A stretch of DNA of 63,749 nt, filler included, from Pelomyxa schiedti (Eukaryota > Protista > Evosea), in the NCBI GenBank assembly GCA_020536535.1. It is 6 parts of 6 records of this genome, joined end to end, with 100 filler letters (N's around TTAATTAATTAA, not from the genome) between each part and the next. Parts side by side here need not be neighbours in the genome. Positions count along the whole stretch, not along the records: positions 61,220 to 62,623 come from JAHLWZ010002532.1; positions 62,724 to 63,749 come from JAHLWZ010002982.1; 4 more parts are not named here. One strand, given 5' to 3'. The position numbers and the translations under genes were made by a program. Positions 62,370 to 63,749 of the stretch are shown piece by piece. Positions within the stretch are counted from its first letter, which is position 1; every line of letters begins with the position of its first letter. Below the pieces are notes generated by a model, which had not been told where the DNA came from, did not search any database, and saw nothing but the letters and a program-made list of their open reading frames with translations.

Positions 62370-62623
62370 TCAGGGCTTGCAGAGATACACCTGAGCAGTC
62401 GACTCCCCACTTACATCTATTTCTCTGACTGCAAGGCTCGTCCAGTTCATCACCCTCCAGCCACTGTTACCGGCGATGTATGCAACAACACTCTGCAGTG
62501 TGGTTGTAACTGGATCAAGTGGCATGCGGCTGAGCAGCTTTGTCAAGGCCGTGTCCGTGGGGTGCACTTGGATGTCGAATATGATCCTATCTACCGGCTG
62601 CAGACAGCACAGCGCCCTCCTTA
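62370..62623 (-). CDS. C-terminal fragment of an unknown gene
   Basis: Open frame from the contig end to a stop at 62370. Confidence 0.3.
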
Positions 62624-62723
62624 NNNNNNNNNNNNNNNNNNNNNNNNNNNNNNNNNNNNNNNNNNNNTTAATTAATTAANNNNNNNNNNNNNNNNNNNNN
62701 NNNNNNNNNNNNNNNNNNNNNNN
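62624..62723. other. Artificial contig linker
   Basis: TTAATTAATTAA at 62668-62679 within Ns. Confidence 0.97.
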
Positions 62724-62725
62724 CA

Positions 62726-63749
62726 TTTGAGTGGTTCTCTGATTCCACTCCATTAACTTTTGAAGAGCCTTCAATGAGCACACCAGCCACAGGAAAGCAA
62801 ATTGGAAGGATACCTCAACTCCTGGAAAAGATTGCCAGAGAAACTGCAAGGCCAGTTTCGCCAAGGTGGATCAGATTCTCCAAGAGGCTGAGGGTGGCCC
62901 GGGGAGGCATCATGAAGTGGATTGACTTTGTTCGACTGGCTGTTTCGTGTGGTGTTGGTGTACCACGTGGCGGTGGAATTAAATCAGAGGTTGATCTCGA
63001 GATGTGTTGTGATTTCCTGTCAGACACGGGATCCATCATCCACTTCAGGCATCCCCTCTGGTCAAACTCATCCCCCCAGAACTTGTCTCAGTTCGTTGTT
63101 ATCAATCCAGGGTGGTTCAACCAGTTGTCTTATTGTCTCACTGCATTTGTTGGTTCTCGTGGGTTAGCCGTGGACACACTCCAGAAACAACGTTACAAGG
63201 CACTGACTACCATTCCCCCTGTACAGCACCGCAATGGAATGGTGCTATGTGCCAAGGAATTCCTGAATGATCAAGGCGATTTACCAGGACTGTCTTCTTC
63301 TTGGAAGTCATCTCTTCTTCAGGGGTTGCACTTGGGGTTCACATGTGAGGACATTCCTTACCTTTCCTTCTGTCTGCTGCCTGACTGGGATAACCCCAAC
63401 TCGTCAGTTGCAAGAATGATTGCACTATGGCGACCTAACACCGTGAATCTGTCACCCAGCAAGGACAAAACCATTGTGAATGGGAGGTGCTTCCAGCTTA
63501 GCAGTATTCATGAAGGGATCCTCCCTCAACTGATGAATATGTTGCAACAGCTTCAAGGAGTTCAACCAGAGGTGTTTTGGAAGACAGGCCTGTGGGTCTC
63601 CCAGAGGGGTGATGGTATAACACAGGACCTTCTCGTCACATCTCCAAAAGACGGGCTGTCAATCGACATGTTCATGAGAACAACCTTTGATGCAGACCCT
63701 GAAGCCAGTGACTGTCCCTCGTTTGGGATCAACCTGGGAGCCCATGTGC
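62726..63749 (+). CDS. Roco-family protein, COR domain (partial, open at both ends; absent from the ORF track)
   Basis: Stop-free frame of about 340 codons: CCDFLSDTGSIIHF...LSQFVVINPGWF...FCLLP...CFQLSSIHEGILPQLM...FWKTGLWV, matching the COR pattern. Confidence 0.8.

Noticed and set aside
31389-62723. Five TTAATTAATTAA palindromes as biological repeats or terminators
   Set aside because: Each is centred in an identical 44N+12+44N block, an artificial six-frame stop linker. Gene adjacency across them has no biological meaning.

Overview
Eukaryotic (protist) nuclear DNA, gene-dense, with many short (about 40-100 nt) GT-AG introns. The window is not one continuous locus: five 100-nt spacers (44 N + TTAATTAATTAA + 44 N, a six-frame stop linker) join six contigs, and there are two further 100-N gaps. 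The gene-family style, Roco protein and bacterial-type Fe-S protein suggest an anaerobic amoebozoan such as Pelomyxa (Archamoebae); this is inference from recollection, not a search. Contig 1 (1-31388): spliced P-loop NTPase gene, fold-back hairpins in a decayed paralogue, a DsbA/FrnE thioredoxin-fold gene, TBCD, a MIT protein, a TBC1D20-like RabGAP, a bacterial-type membrane Fe-S protein with introns, a RasGEF, a nuclease-fold candidate, a TPR protein and a heavily frameshifted TRIM-like gene. Contig 2 (31489-44926): a duplicated array of an uncharacterised beta-rich family. Contig 3: V-ATPase subunit E, a tetraspanin, an ankyrin-like family and a decayed Ty3/gypsy element. Later contigs: a HUS1-like clamp candidate, another beta-rich paralogue and a Roco COR fragment. 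The strongest finding is missed by the ORF track: the DsbA/FrnE gene has an in-frame TGA at the first Cys of its CxxC motif (SDII-U-PWC) and a well-formed type II SECIS in its 3' UTR, so it is very probably a selenoprotein. Exon boundaries were inferred by eye.
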